The notes below the pieces were generated by a model. That model was not told the DNA's origin. It searched no databases and saw only the letters and a list, made by a program, of their open reading frames with translations. Both the position numbers and the translations under genes were made by a program. Of a DNA stretch of 64,000 nucleotides, positions 18,534 to 28,459 are shown piece after piece. This DNA is from an uncultured Chroococcidiopsis sp. (GTDB lineage: Bacteria; Cyanobacteriota; Cyanobacteriia; Cyanobacteriales; Chroococcidiopsidaceae): assembly GCA_964248365.1 (NCBI GenBank), contig CAXTYC010000005.1, positions 96,001 through 160,000 on the forward strand. Reading direction: 5' to 3'. How positions within the stretch are numbered: position 1 is the first letter of the stretch; each line of letters begins with the position of its first letter.

Positions 18534-20192
18534 ATGAGTCAGATTCCTAATCCTGCCAACTGGGCTACTACTAATCGTAGTAGCAGTAACTATCCTGGTA
18601 TTAAAATTAATCGTCGTGTCAGTACATTGGTGCAAGGTTCTTTGATTTATGCCTCACAATTGATGAAGCATCAGAGATATTCTCGTCGTCGCTCTCAAGG
18701 AATCACCTTCAAGGCTAAAGCATTAGCTTTAGTAATTGCTCTAGGCGCACTGCCAATATTAGCTAGCCGCGCAAGTGCTAGCTACTTTACTAACCAATCA
18801 TTTCCAAATCCTGAAATTCAAGCTCAACAAGCTCGTATTGATAATTCAGACGATATTGTATCAGGGTCGCCCAGCGGGCTACCGTTAACCCTGGTGATTG
18901 AGACTATCGTAGCCTCATTACTGTTGGTTGGTTTACTCACCGCTTTTTTTGCCAATCGTAGTATGCGTCCAATCAAAGGAGCTAGTGAACAAGAGAAGAA
19001 ACCAAATGTAGAACCAGATGAATTTTCATCACAATTGGTAACTAGAGATAATTCTACTCTTCTGGAGACAATAAAGGTTGCACAGGACGGGGCAGACGTA
19101 GCTGAGCAGTCAAAGCTAGTGACAGAAATATCTTTGCGTATTCGTCAGGCTCAGTACTTGGAAGATTTACTCAAAACTACGGTTAAAGAATTGCGCCGCG
19201 CAATTAAAGCTGAGCGAGTATTTATCTATCGCTTCAACCCTGACTGGAGCGGGTTTGTTGTAGCAGAATCTGTGCTGCCTGGTTTGCCTTCATGCTTGAA
19301 AATAAAAGTAACTGATACTTATTTCGCTGGGTCTAATTCTGGGATAGAAGAGTATAAAAATGGTCGTATTTGTGTTAACGACGACATTTATGCAGCAAAC
19401 CTGAATGATTGTCACATTAAGTTGCTAGAGCAATTTGTCATCAAGGCACAGATGATTGCACCAATTGTAAAAAATCATGAGCTTTTCGGTTTAATAATTG
19501 CTAATCAATGCTCAGAACCCCGTGCTTGGCAGCAGCACGAAATCGATTTATTCGTGGAGTTGGCAAAGCAAGTTGGGTTTGCAATCGAGCAAGTAACTTT
19601 CCTAGAAAAACAAGAAGATTTAGCAGAAAAAGCTAATTTATTGACTGAAATTACTCTCCGCATTCGCCAAGCACAATTTTTGGAAAATTTGCTTAATACT
19701 ACGGTTAAAGAAGTGCGACGCGCATTGAAAACAGACCGAGTGTTGATCTATGGGCTTGATTCTAGTAACTGGGATGGAATTGTGGTAGCAGAATCTGTTG
19801 CTCCTGGCTGGCCCCAAACCTTGCGAGTAAGATTAAATGACCCGTGTTTCAGAAACCAGTATGTAGAAAAGTACAAAAATGGTCAGATTACAGCTATCAA
19901 TAATATTTATCGCTCCTCAGTAGAGGATTGTTACCGCAAAATGCTAGAACAATTTGCAGTGAAAGCAAATTTGGTAGCACCAATTCTTAAAAATAACGAG
20001 TTACTCGGTTTGCTAATTGCTCATCAGTGCAGTGAACCGCGAGATTGGCAACAGGATGAAATTGATTTATTTGCACAGTTGGCTATTCAGGTAGGTTTTG
20101 CCATTGATCAAGTAAGTCTGACCGCACAAATGGAAGAACAAACAGGAATTGAAAAACTTCAAGAACAATTTGAAGTTAATGAGCTTCATTAA
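18534..20192 (+). CDS. PixJ-like membrane protein with two cyanobacteriochrome GAF domains and no output domain
   Basis: Two N-terminal hydrophobic segments; GAF1 DTYF...DCH; GAF2 DPCF...DCY; stop about 25 aa after GAF2. Confidence 0.85.
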   Translation: MSQIPNPANWATTNRSSSNYPGIKINRRVSTLVQGSLIYASQLMKHQRYSRRRSQGITFKAKALALVIALGALPILASRASASYFTNQSFPNPEIQAQQARIDNSDDIVSGSPSGLPLTLVIETIVASLLLVGLLTAFFANRSMRPIKGASEQEKKPNVEPDEFSSQLVTRDNSTLLETIKVAQDGADVAEQSKLVTEISLRIRQAQYLEDLLKTTVKELRRAIKAERVFIYRFNPDWSGFVVAESVLPGLPSCLKIKVTDTYFAGSNSGIEEYKNGRICVNDDIYAANLNDCHIKLLEQFVIKAQMIAPIVKNHELFGLIIANQCSEPRAWQQHEIDLFVELAKQVGFAIEQVTFLEKQEDLAEKANLLTEITLRIRQAQFLENLLNTTVKEVRRALKTDRVLIYGLDSSNWDGIVVAESVAPGWPQTLRVRLNDPCFRNQYVEKYKNGQITAINNIYRSSVEDCYRKMLEQFAVKANLVAPILKNNELLGLLIAHQCSEPRDWQQDEIDLFAQLAIQVGFAIDQVSLTAQMEEQTGIEKLQEQFEVNELH

Positions 20193-20219
20193 CTTCATTT
20201 AGTTAGAGCCTCCTAGAAG

Positions 20220-20246
20220 TCGTACCCAGGCTCAGCCTGGGTACGA
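20220..20246. terminator. Perfect hairpin between convergent genes (repeat-derived, possibly bidirectional terminator)
   Basis: TCGTACCCAGG-CTCAG-CCTGGGTACGA; degenerate relatives near 2031-2052 and 42699-42719. Confidence 0.6.
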
Positions 20247-20257
20247 AAGGGGACTAA

Positions 20258-20902
20258 TTACGAATTCTCTTGTATTCCTTTGATAATGTCTATCAGTTCC
20301 TTTGGTTGATGAATCAAAAAGTCTGGGTTCTGCTGTGCTAATATTTCTTTTGAATTAAATCCCCAACTTACAGCGATCGCTTTGACTTGGCTTCTTTTTG
20401 CAGCAACTATATCTCTCGTTTCGTCTCCTACATAAATAAGTTCTTCTGGCTTGAGTTTTGATTGTTTTAAAATTTTATTTATCACCTTACTTTTACTAAA
20501 GATTGCCGCTTCTGTATAAATAAAATCAAATTTGTTTTGTAAATTATTTGCTGCAAAAAATTTCAAAATATTATCTTTGGAATTAGAACTAAGAATTCCT
20601 ATGTCAACTTGATTTATTAATTCAATTAAAACTGCTTCAATTTCTGGAAAAGGTTTTATATTTTGGATTTCATTGTTTAATTCAGATTTGACTTTTGCTA
20701 ATAGTAAGGGGAACTTTAAAATTGAAATACCTGAGTATTTAATAATTTCCCTAGAACTTAAATTTTTGATATAAGAAAGTTCTTCTTGATCAATGGTCTT
20801 ATATCCAAACTCGACGGCTAAACGATTAGTAATATTAAGCAGCACATTGAGAGTATCTGCAATTGTGCCATCAAAATCAAATAAAACTACTTTTATAGTC
20901 AT
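20258..20902 (-). CDS. HAD-superfamily hydrolase (phosphoglycolate phosphatase-like)
   Basis: FDFDGTIADT, LSSN and YVGDETRD motifs. Confidence 0.9.
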   Translation of the reverse strand: MTIKVVLFDFDGTIADTLNVLLNITNRLAVEFGYKTIDQEELSYIKNLSSREIIKYSGISILKFPLLLAKVKSELNNEIQNIKPFPEIEAVLIELINQVDIGILSSNSKDNILKFFAANNLQNKFDFIYTEAAIFSKSKVINKILKQSKLKPEELIYVGDETRDIVAAKRSQVKAIAVSWGFNSKEILAQQNPDFLIHQPKELIDIIKGIQENS

Positions 20903-20931
20903 TTTGTAAAATTACGAACAACTGCAACAAA

Positions 20932-21861
20932 TTATCCCAGATTAGCACGGGCATTGCGTCGCAACATTTCTGGTTTAATCCGCCGCAAAGCTGAGGCTGG
21001 AAAGCGTTGATCCCAATCTTCCTCTGAAATTTCAGCTAATTCTGTTAAAAAAGGTGATATATTCTGGGGGTAAGGCTGAAACTCTGCTACATCAGTTTCT
21101 TTGGCAAAACGTTGGTTCCAAGGACAAACATCTTGGCAGATGTCGCATCCAGCAACCCAGCCTTGCAGATGATTTGCGATCGCTTGTGGTAACTCCTCAC
21201 CCCGATTTTCAATTGTATGATAAGCAATGCACCGATTTGCATCTACTACAAACGGTTGGGTAATTGCATCGGTAGGACACGCCTCAATACAACGAGTACA
21301 GCTACCACAATGTTGAGTATGGGGTTGATCTGGAGTCAAATCTAAGTTTGTTAGCACTTCGCCCAAAAACACCCAAGAACCATATTCTCGCGTAATTACA
21401 TTACCATTTTTCGCAATCCAACCAATTCCAGCTTGCTGCGCCCAAACTTTATCCTGAAGGGGACCAGTATCAGCATAGTAACGTGCTTGCACACCGTCTG
21501 CTTGGGCTTGTAGCCAATTACTCAAAGCTTTCAACTTTTTATGCAAAACCTTATGGTAGTCTCGTCCCCAACCGTAACGTGAAATTTTGGCATACTCATT
21601 GCCTGGGGGACGTTGAGCGGGTGTGTAATAGTTTAATGCTACACAAATGAGCGATCGCACATCTGGCATTACCTGATAAATATCCCCACGCTTGGGCGAA
21701 GCCATCCATGCCATATCCGCATGATATCCCAACTCAAGCCATGCTTGCAAACGTTGCTGTTGGGTTTGATTATCTCTGTTTGCTGTCGCAATTCCAACCT
21801 TATGGAAACCCAACTCTAAAGCTTTTTGCTTCACCCCAGTGCTACTAAGTGTTTGGCTCAT
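20932..21861 (-). CDS. queG: Epoxyqueuosine reductase
   Basis: ISRYGWGRDYH, DTGP, CGSCTRCIEACPT and GCDICQDVCPWN motifs. Confidence 0.95.
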   Translation of the reverse strand: MSQTLSSTGVKQKALELGFHKVGIATANRDNQTQQQRLQAWLELGYHADMAWMASPKRGDIYQVMPDVRSLICVALNYYTPAQRPPGNEYAKISRYGWGRDYHKVLHKKLKALSNWLQAQADGVQARYYADTGPLQDKVWAQQAGIGWIAKNGNVITREYGSWVFLGEVLTNLDLTPDQPHTQHCGSCTRCIEACPTDAITQPFVVDANRCIAYHTIENRGEELPQAIANHLQGWVAGCDICQDVCPWNQRFAKETDVAEFQPYPQNISPFLTELAEISEEDWDQRFPASALRRIKPEMLRRNARANLG

Positions 21862-22047
21862 GCTCGTTAATAAATCACTAAGCTTGCTATCCCATCTTAG
21901 CGACACTACATTCTCTCCTTTAATATTTCAAAACTCTCTCATTTGTAAATTTTATTTGCAATTTGTAAAAATCTGTTGGATTATTAATTCAAGGAGGAGA
22001 GATTCCTGCATCAAACCCTTTAATTGTCAAGAATCTCAAGTGTAGAC

Positions 22048-22569
22048 ATGACGTATACTACAGAGTCAGCTTTTACTGTTTCTTCTAACCGCTTCAACTT
22101 CAATAACCAGCTAGCTGATGCCGTGCCTGCCGCCATTGCTCAAATCAAACGCCTTAGCGTAGATGACCAACTGGCACTATTCTGGTATGTATACACAGAA
22201 ATGGGTCGTTCCATCACACCTGCTGCGCCTGGTGCTGCCCGCCTACAGTTAGCAGAAGGGTTGCTAAACTCTTTCAAGCAGATGTCTAGGGCTGAGCAAT
22301 TACAAGCGATGCGCGACTTGATTACCAACGCAAACACATCTATTAGCCGCGCCTATGGTATTCTGAGCAACAATACCAAGTTAGCTCTGTGGTATGAATT
22401 ATCAGAATTGATGGTTCAAGGCTTTGTAGTGCCAATGCCCCCTGGATACAAGCCCAATAGTGATGTAGTCGAAGTTCTAGAAGCAATCAAGCAGCTTGAT
22501 TTTGGTCAGCAAATCACTGTCCTGCGTAATTTTGTTGCCGATATGGGTGTAGATCCCTTGGCTGATTAA
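22048..22569 (+). CDS. Helical carotenoid protein (OCP N-terminal domain homologue, HCP4-like)
   Basis: DDQLALFWYVYTEMGRSITPAAPGAA, KLALWY and QQITVLRN motifs. Confidence 0.92.
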   Translation: MTYTTESAFTVSSNRFNFNNQLADAVPAAIAQIKRLSVDDQLALFWYVYTEMGRSITPAAPGAARLQLAEGLLNSFKQMSRAEQLQAMRDLITNANTSISRAYGILSNNTKLALWYELSELMVQGFVVPMPPGYKPNSDVVEVLEAIKQLDFGQQITVLRNFVADMGVDPLAD

Positions 22570-22787
22570 TCGCCTACGTGAACAAAAATAAAAGCCTGTG
22601 CGGGTTTTTATCGGATATTTGGCAGCATCAAATAACCTTAGTTAAACCCGCACAAAACACCAGTTCTACAAGGTAATTTTTCCGCTCAGACAAATCAGAA
22701 TCCCTCCACAGGATCAGGATTTGACCTGCTTTTGTGTCTATTTTAGTTGTGTCCCAGTCTGGGAGACGTTCACTAGAGGGAATAAAG

Positions 22788-23231
22788 ATGAAAGCCGCTG
22801 AATCTATGCCAGAAATCCCGTCATCTGTTGGTAGCGATACGGACGTTCAATTCACAATTGAAGGTATTGCAGAACCGACAATTCTACGTTATTTTCAAAC
22901 ATTGAACGCTGGGGAGTTTGAGGCTTGTGCAGCATTGTTTGCAGCCCATGGAGTTATGTACCCCCCATTTGAGACTGGTATAGAGGGATCTGAGGCGATC
23001 GTTGCCTATCTTCAGCAAGAAGCCCAAGGCATGAAACTCGAACCTCGTGAAGGAATTACCAAAAGCCTGGAAAATGATGATCTAGAAGTGCAAGTAGCAG
23101 GGAAAGTACAAACTTCCTGGTGTGGTGTTAACGTCTCCTGGTTGTTTGTACTCAATCAACAGCGTGAAATTTTCTCCGCTAAGATCAAGCTTTTAGCTTC
23201 TCCCCAAGAATTAATTAATCTACGACGGTAG
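22788..23231 (+). CDS. OCP C-terminal domain homologue (CTDH, NTF2-like carotenoid carrier)
   Basis: YFQTLNAGEF, PPFE, GKVQTSWCGVNVSW and KLLASPQEL motifs; directly follows the HCP gene. Confidence 0.9.
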   Translation: MKAAESMPEIPSSVGSDTDVQFTIEGIAEPTILRYFQTLNAGEFEACAALFAAHGVMYPPFETGIEGSEAIVAYLQQEAQGMKLEPREGITKSLENDDLEVQVAGKVQTSWCGVNVSWLFVLNQQREIFSAKIKLLASPQELINLRR

Positions 23232-23317
23232 AGACAAGGGGACAGGAGACAGGAGACAGAAGACAGAAGGCAGAATATTTAATTCTTTCATCTCCCCCTC
23301 TAGCCTCTAGCCCCTAA

Positions 23318-23746
23318 TTAAGCAACTAGTCGAGCTAATGAGCGTGTTAGTAGGTTTCTACCCAGTTCAATATCTTTATTGGCACATCGCCAGTCTGGAT
23401 GGGCACTCATCAACAAGCTTTCGAGTGTCTCTCGATCAAACAAATGCCAAACAGTAGCTTGATTGACTTCAGCTTCTATGGCATAACAGTTAGAAGTGAC
23501 ACAGTGAATTGTGCAATCACTAGCTATCCGCATCAATTTCATTTGCTCTGTGGGCTTGAGTGAGCGAAATTGGCAAATTGCCTGCTTAAATTCACTCAAT
23601 CCGTCCACTGTTAACCCAGGAATTGCTACCTGTGTCTTGCTATCTCCATTCACACTAATCCAATAATGACGGCTAGGATCAATTCCCTCCAGCCAAGGCA
23701 ACTCATCATCAAGGCGGTAGCGTGGTGATAAAGCAAATAATGTCAT
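23318..23746 (-). CDS. Conserved cyanobacterial hypothetical protein
   Basis: 142-aa ATG-started ORF; PWLEGIDP..YW and WHLFD..LESLL..AHPDW look conserved. Confidence 0.7.
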   Translation of the reverse strand: MTLFALSPRYRLDDELPWLEGIDPSRHYWISVNGDSKTQVAIPGLTVDGLSEFKQAICQFRSLKPTEQMKLMRIASDCTIHCVTSNCYAIEAEVNQATVWHLFDRETLESLLMSAHPDWRCANKDIELGRNLLTRSLARLVA

Positions 23747-23949
23747 GAGAATTATTTAAACTGTAAATCTTATGGCTAAGAAAATTTAACTGCACAGCAC
23801 ACAGAAAGCTATTTGAGCAAGAGCATACCCAATGGTTTCCTGCCCTGGTGTGCAATAAATTACATTACTTTACTTTTAAATAATTTCTCAGTATTTATAA
23901 ACCCTATTTAACAAAACTTATAACAAAACTTATATTAAAGCAAGGAGCC

Positions 23950-24125
23950 TTAGAGACAAGGGGAAAGGGAAAAGGGTAGAGAGGTATTGCGGTTAAAGGA
24001 TAAAGGGTAAAGGTTGAAGGTTGAAGGATAAAGATTGAAATTTCACACTTCTAACTTCATACTTCACACTTCACACGAGTTTCTCCCCTTTGCTCCCCTT
24101 TGCTTCCCTTTGCTCCCTCTGCCCT
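23950..24125. repeat. Composite heptamer (STRR) element
   Basis: (AAAGGGT/GAAGGTT)n, core GATAAAGATTGAAATTTCACACTTC, then (ACTTCAT)n. Confidence 0.75.
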
Positions 24126-24128
24126 CTT

Positions 24129-24860
24129 CTACCCGACTAGCCCAGAACGCAGGGCGCGAACAGCGGCTTGAGTACGGTCATCAGCACAGAGTTTATTTAA
24201 AATATTACGCACATGAGTTTTAACCGTTCCCACGGTAATATATAATTTTTCAGCAATGACCGCGTTACTACAACCTTCAACAATTAGTTGCAGCACTTCT
24301 AATTCTCGTTCTGTGAGTGGGTAGGCAGCTAGCATTTGGTCATACTCTGCATCAGCTGCATTAATAGCAACAGTTTTCAGATCTTTGGGAATCTCAACTG
24401 CTGCTTCGGGATCGTCTGAAGTTGGTTGCACTTGTTGCAGCACTATCCGCGCGATCGCAGGATCTATCCAAGCGTTCCCACTGTGAGTTACACGTAATGC
24501 TTCTAGCAAGTTATCGAAGCTGATATCCTTCATGCAGTATGAGTCTGCCCCAGCCGCAAAAGCTGCTAGTACAGCCTCTTTATTATCCCTCAGCGTCAAA
24601 ATCAGCACCTTGGTATTTGGTCCTTCTCCAGCTTCTTGAGATGCCTTGATCTGCCTTGTCAGCTCGATACCATCTTTGTCGGGTAGACCGATATCGACGA
24701 TCGCAATATCTGGGTGAAGTTTCTCCAACAGTTGCAATCCTTCATTGGCATTAGCAGCTTCGCCCACCACTTCAATTTCTTGCCGCTGTTGCAGTGCTGT
24801 TCTAATACCCACACGGGTTAGGTCATGATCTTCTATCAGAGCAACGCGAATTCTATCCAT
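24129..24860 (-). CDS. NarL/LuxR-family response regulator
   Basis: REC (IEDH, VDIGLP) and LuxR HTH LTERELEVL...TVKTHVRNILNKL. Confidence 0.95.
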   Translation of the reverse strand: MDRIRVALIEDHDLTRVGIRTALQQRQEIEVVGEAANANEGLQLLEKLHPDIAIVDIGLPDKDGIELTRQIKASQEAGEGPNTKVLILTLRDNKEAVLAAFAAGADSYCMKDISFDNLLEALRVTHSGNAWIDPAIARIVLQQVQPTSDDPEAAVEIPKDLKTVAINAADAEYDQMLAAYPLTERELEVLQLIVEGCSNAVIAEKLYITVGTVKTHVRNILNKLCADDRTQAAVRALRSGLVG

Positions 24861-25410
24861 TTTTACATCCGCTTTAACAATTTCTTACCTTAGAATCAAT
24901 TTTGCTTAAATGCTAGTTCTAGCTAATTCTTGAATCCCGATCTACAGAAGTAGGGATTTTTACCCTATCTTTCATTCAATCTTAGTATTTTTGGGCATAA
25001 GCTACTAGTTACTAGCTTAAACTATCTCTGGAAATTAGCATTTCCTCTTATAAACTTAAATACCTTTATATTTTACGCCCCTTAAAGCATTTATTTTTAT
25101 CTAAGCATCTATCTTTAGATATAATTTTACTATCAACTTTGGTTATGTAAAGTTATGCCAAAGTAGGAATATTAGCTTTTATTCAATTATAAGTTAAGCT
25201 TATAGATATCGCTTTAATGTGTTGTAAATTTAACCAAGAGCTGCTAATTCGATTTGGCAAGTATGATTTAGAATCCTAAAAACCTGAATCAATGTTAGCA
25301 ATAATACTAAAAAGCATAGAAAGAGTAAATGAACAGTTGAAATTATAGGATATTTGTCACTAAAAAAGTAGTTGTGTAGTTTGAATTGCCAATTATTTTA
25401 ACGAAAGATT

Positions 25411-28128
25411 TTGATGAATTCTGATTTTAAGTTAAGTGAACAAGAAACAATGAGTTGGGGATTCCTCAAAGCGATTCATCCCGAAGAGCGCGATCGCTAC
25501 CTTAGCCAACAACAAGCCCTAGCGCAAGGACAACCTTACGAAATTGCCTTCCGAATGTTGGGATCAGACGGAAAATATCACTGGTGGCTAGAGCAAGGTA
25601 CACCTGTGCGCTTAGAAGATGGCACAGTGCAAGAGCTGATTGTTACCTGCACTCCTCAAAGCGAGGCAGATCACCAAAGTGGGCTGAAAAAGCCCTCCCA
25701 GAAAGAATTAATGCGTACTCAGCCAAATGGACAGCAGCACTGGGCGGATGAGTCGAGATTTCGAGAACAAAAACTGGCGCTTCATGTGCAGCAAACTCCC
25801 CTAGCTGTAATTGAATGGAACGTTAATTTTGAAGTGATTCAATGGAACCGAGCAGCAGAAAAAATTTTTGGTTACAGCAATCACGAAGCAATTGGTCGCC
25901 ATGCTGCCGGACTTATCATATCAGAAACTGCTAAAGAGTTTGTAAACGAAGTATGGAATCAGCTATTACAAAACAAAGACGGTAATCGCACCATCAATGA
26001 AAACATAACTAAAGATGGTAAGACTATCATTTGCGAGTGGTATAACACTCCATTAGTTGCTGATAACGGAGAAGTCATGGGTGTAGTATCCCTAGCTCAG
26101 GATATCACCGAAAGAAAAGCGGCACAAAAGGCGCTTAAACAGAGCGAACAGCGTGTGCGTCTGTTTGTCGAACATACACCAGCTGCTGTTGCTATGTTAG
26201 ACCGTGAGATGCGTTATATATTGGCTAGTCGTCGTTGGCTAACAGATTACCAACTGGGTGAACAAGAAATTATCGGTCGTAGCCATTATGAGATATTTCC
26301 TGAAAATTGCGATCGCCAGAAGGAAATTCACCAGCGCTGTTTAGCAGGAGCAGTAGAAAAATGCGAAGAAGATCCCTTTGTGCGTACTGATGGCGAACCC
26401 ATGTGGCTGCGTTGGGAAATTCATCCTTGGCACGACAGTAGCGGGGAAATTGGTGGCATTATCATGTTTACCGAAGTGATTACGCAAAAGAAAGCAGCCC
26501 AGGCAGAAATTCTGAGAATGAATGCCGAACTAGAGCAAAGAGTAATTGAACGGACGCAACAGCTAGAAAGTGCTAATCAACTCAAGGATGAATTACTATT
26601 GCGCGAACAGCTAGCAAGGGTTCAGGCTGAAACAGCACAGCAACGCTTCAGCGAACTGGTGAATGGACTAGTTGATGTGATCTTTTGGGAAGGCGATCCT
26701 GTCACCTTCGAGTTTTCCTTTGTGTGTCAAAGTGCACAAAAGATTTTAGGTTATCCGCTTGAGCGGTGGATAACACCTGGTTTTTGGGTTGAAATCATCC
26801 ATCCTGACGATCGCGCGAGGGTAGTAAATTTCTGTCAAGCCCAAATTTGTCAAGGTCGAGATTATGAGTTGGAGTATCGCTGTATTGCCTCAGATGGTCG
26901 AACGGTGTGGCTACGCGATCGCACTTATATTGTACGCGACCAGCAAGGACAAATTCAAAAAACCAGGGGGTTGATGATTGATATTACCCAATCCAAGCAA
27001 AAAGAAGAAGAATTACGGGAAAGTGAAGCCCGATTTCGCACTATGGCAGACACCGCTCCAGTGCTAATTTGGGTAGCTGGAACAGATACACTATGTAATT
27101 GGGTCAACAAGCCTTGGCTTGAATTCACCGGACGCACGATGGAACAGGAACTAGGCAATGGCTGGGCAGAACTCGTGCATCCAGAAGATTTTCAACATTG
27201 CTTAGATATTTATATAACAGCATTTAACGCTCGTCAACCCTTTCAAATGGACTACCGCCTTCGCCGAGCTGATGGGGAGTATCGTTGGCTTTTAAATAAC
27301 GGTGTACCTCGGTTTACACCTAATGGGGAGTTTGCTGGATATATCGGCTCTTGTATTGATATTACTGAGCGCAGAGCTATAGAGTCAGCACTAAAAGCCC
27401 GTGCCAATGAATTAACTTATTTGACAACAGTGCTGGCACAAACCAACACTGTCTTAGAAAAACGTAACTTTGAACTCGATCAATTTGCTTACGTTACGTC
27501 CCATGATTTAAAAGCACCACTGCGAGCGATCGCAAACCTTTCCGAATGGATAGAAGAAGACCTTGCCGACGTGCTAACCGCAGATACTCGCCATCAAATG
27601 AACTTGCTGCGGGGGCGCGTTAACCGCATGGAAGCCCTAATTAACGGCTTATTACAATATTCCCGTGTCGGTCGCCTTGAAACTCCCACATCATTGGTAT
27701 CGGTAGCTGACTTGCTAGCCGAGGTGATTGACTCTCTCGCACCTGCTGATACTTTCACGATTGAAATAGCCCCGGATATGCCGACATTTGTCACCGAACG
27801 ATTGCCTTTGCAGCAAGTTTTTACTAATCTCATCAGCAACGCGATTAAACATCACCCCAGGATAGATGGCAAAGTAAAAATTTTACTCCAAAATCTAGAG
27901 TCATTTTATGAATTTAGCGTCACTGATGACGGAGCTGGAATTGCTTCTCAGTACCATGAAAAAGTGTTTGGGATTTTCCAGACATTAGAAGATCGTGACA
28001 AGAGTGAAAACACTGGTATTGGACTTGCTATTGTCAAAAAAATTGTTGAACGTCAAGGAGGAACTATCTATTTGGAGTCCCAGGAAGGTCAAGGAGCAAC
28101 ATTTCGCTTTACCTGGCGCTCTTGCTAG
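25411..28128 (+). CDS. Multi-PAS histidine kinase (phytochrome-type HisKA/HATPase)
   Basis: About five PAS/PAC domains (first incomplete); SHDLKAPL, NLISNAIK, DDGAGI and GIGLAIVKKI motifs. Confidence 0.92.
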   Translation: MMNSDFKLSEQETMSWGFLKAIHPEERDRYLSQQQALAQGQPYEIAFRMLGSDGKYHWWLEQGTPVRLEDGTVQELIVTCTPQSEADHQSGLKKPSQKELMRTQPNGQQHWADESRFREQKLALHVQQTPLAVIEWNVNFEVIQWNRAAEKIFGYSNHEAIGRHAAGLIISETAKEFVNEVWNQLLQNKDGNRTINENITKDGKTIICEWYNTPLVADNGEVMGVVSLAQDITERKAAQKALKQSEQRVRLFVEHTPAAVAMLDREMRYILASRRWLTDYQLGEQEIIGRSHYEIFPENCDRQKEIHQRCLAGAVEKCEEDPFVRTDGEPMWLRWEIHPWHDSSGEIGGIIMFTEVITQKKAAQAEILRMNAELEQRVIERTQQLESANQLKDELLLREQLARVQAETAQQRFSELVNGLVDVIFWEGDPVTFEFSFVCQSAQKILGYPLERWITPGFWVEIIHPDDRARVVNFCQAQICQGRDYELEYRCIASDGRTVWLRDRTYIVRDQQGQIQKTRGLMIDITQSKQKEEELRESEARFRTMADTAPVLIWVAGTDTLCNWVNKPWLEFTGRTMEQELGNGWAELVHPEDFQHCLDIYITAFNARQPFQMDYRLRRADGEYRWLLNNGVPRFTPNGEFAGYIGSCIDITERRAIESALKARANELTYLTTVLAQTNTVLEKRNFELDQFAYVTSHDLKAPLRAIANLSEWIEEDLADVLTADTRHQMNLLRGRVNRMEALINGLLQYSRVGRLETPTSLVSVADLLAEVIDSLAPADTFTIEIAPDMPTFVTERLPLQQVFTNLISNAIKHHPRIDGKVKILLQNLESFYEFSVTDDGAGIASQYHEKVFGIFQTLEDRDKSENTGIGLAIVKKIVERQGGTIYLESQEGQGATFRFTWRSC

Positions 28129-28348
28129 GGGCTAGGGGCTAGGGGCTGGGGGCTAGGGAAAGGATGAAGTGGGAAGGATGAAGTGGGAAGGATGAAGTGG
28201 GAAGTGGGAAGTGGGAAGGATGAAGTGGGAAGTATGAAGTTTGAAATTTCAACATGATCCTCTTTAGCCTTTTCCCTTTCCCCTTGTCCCTTGTCCCCTT
28301 GTCCCCTTGTCTTCCCCTAGCCCCTAGCCCCTAGCCCCTAGCCCCTAG
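28125..28348. repeat. Composite STRR element with inverted (GGGGCTA)n/(TAGCCCC)n arms
   Basis: Tandem heptamers form long inverted arms around (GAAGTGG/GAAGGAT)n and the core shared with 24027 and 58255. Confidence 0.85.
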
Positions 28349-28459
28349 CTAAAGGAATAGGTAATAAGGATTAAGTACTTATCCTCGATAAGAGAAATAC
28401 TGCAAATGATTGATGTTAATAGCGACACAAATCATAAATCATAGGTAGTAGAACAATAA

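Noticed and set aside
28125..28348. Tandem repeats as a possible CRISPR array
   Set aside because: Units are 7-14 nt with no unique spacers, and no cas genes are present; these are STRRs
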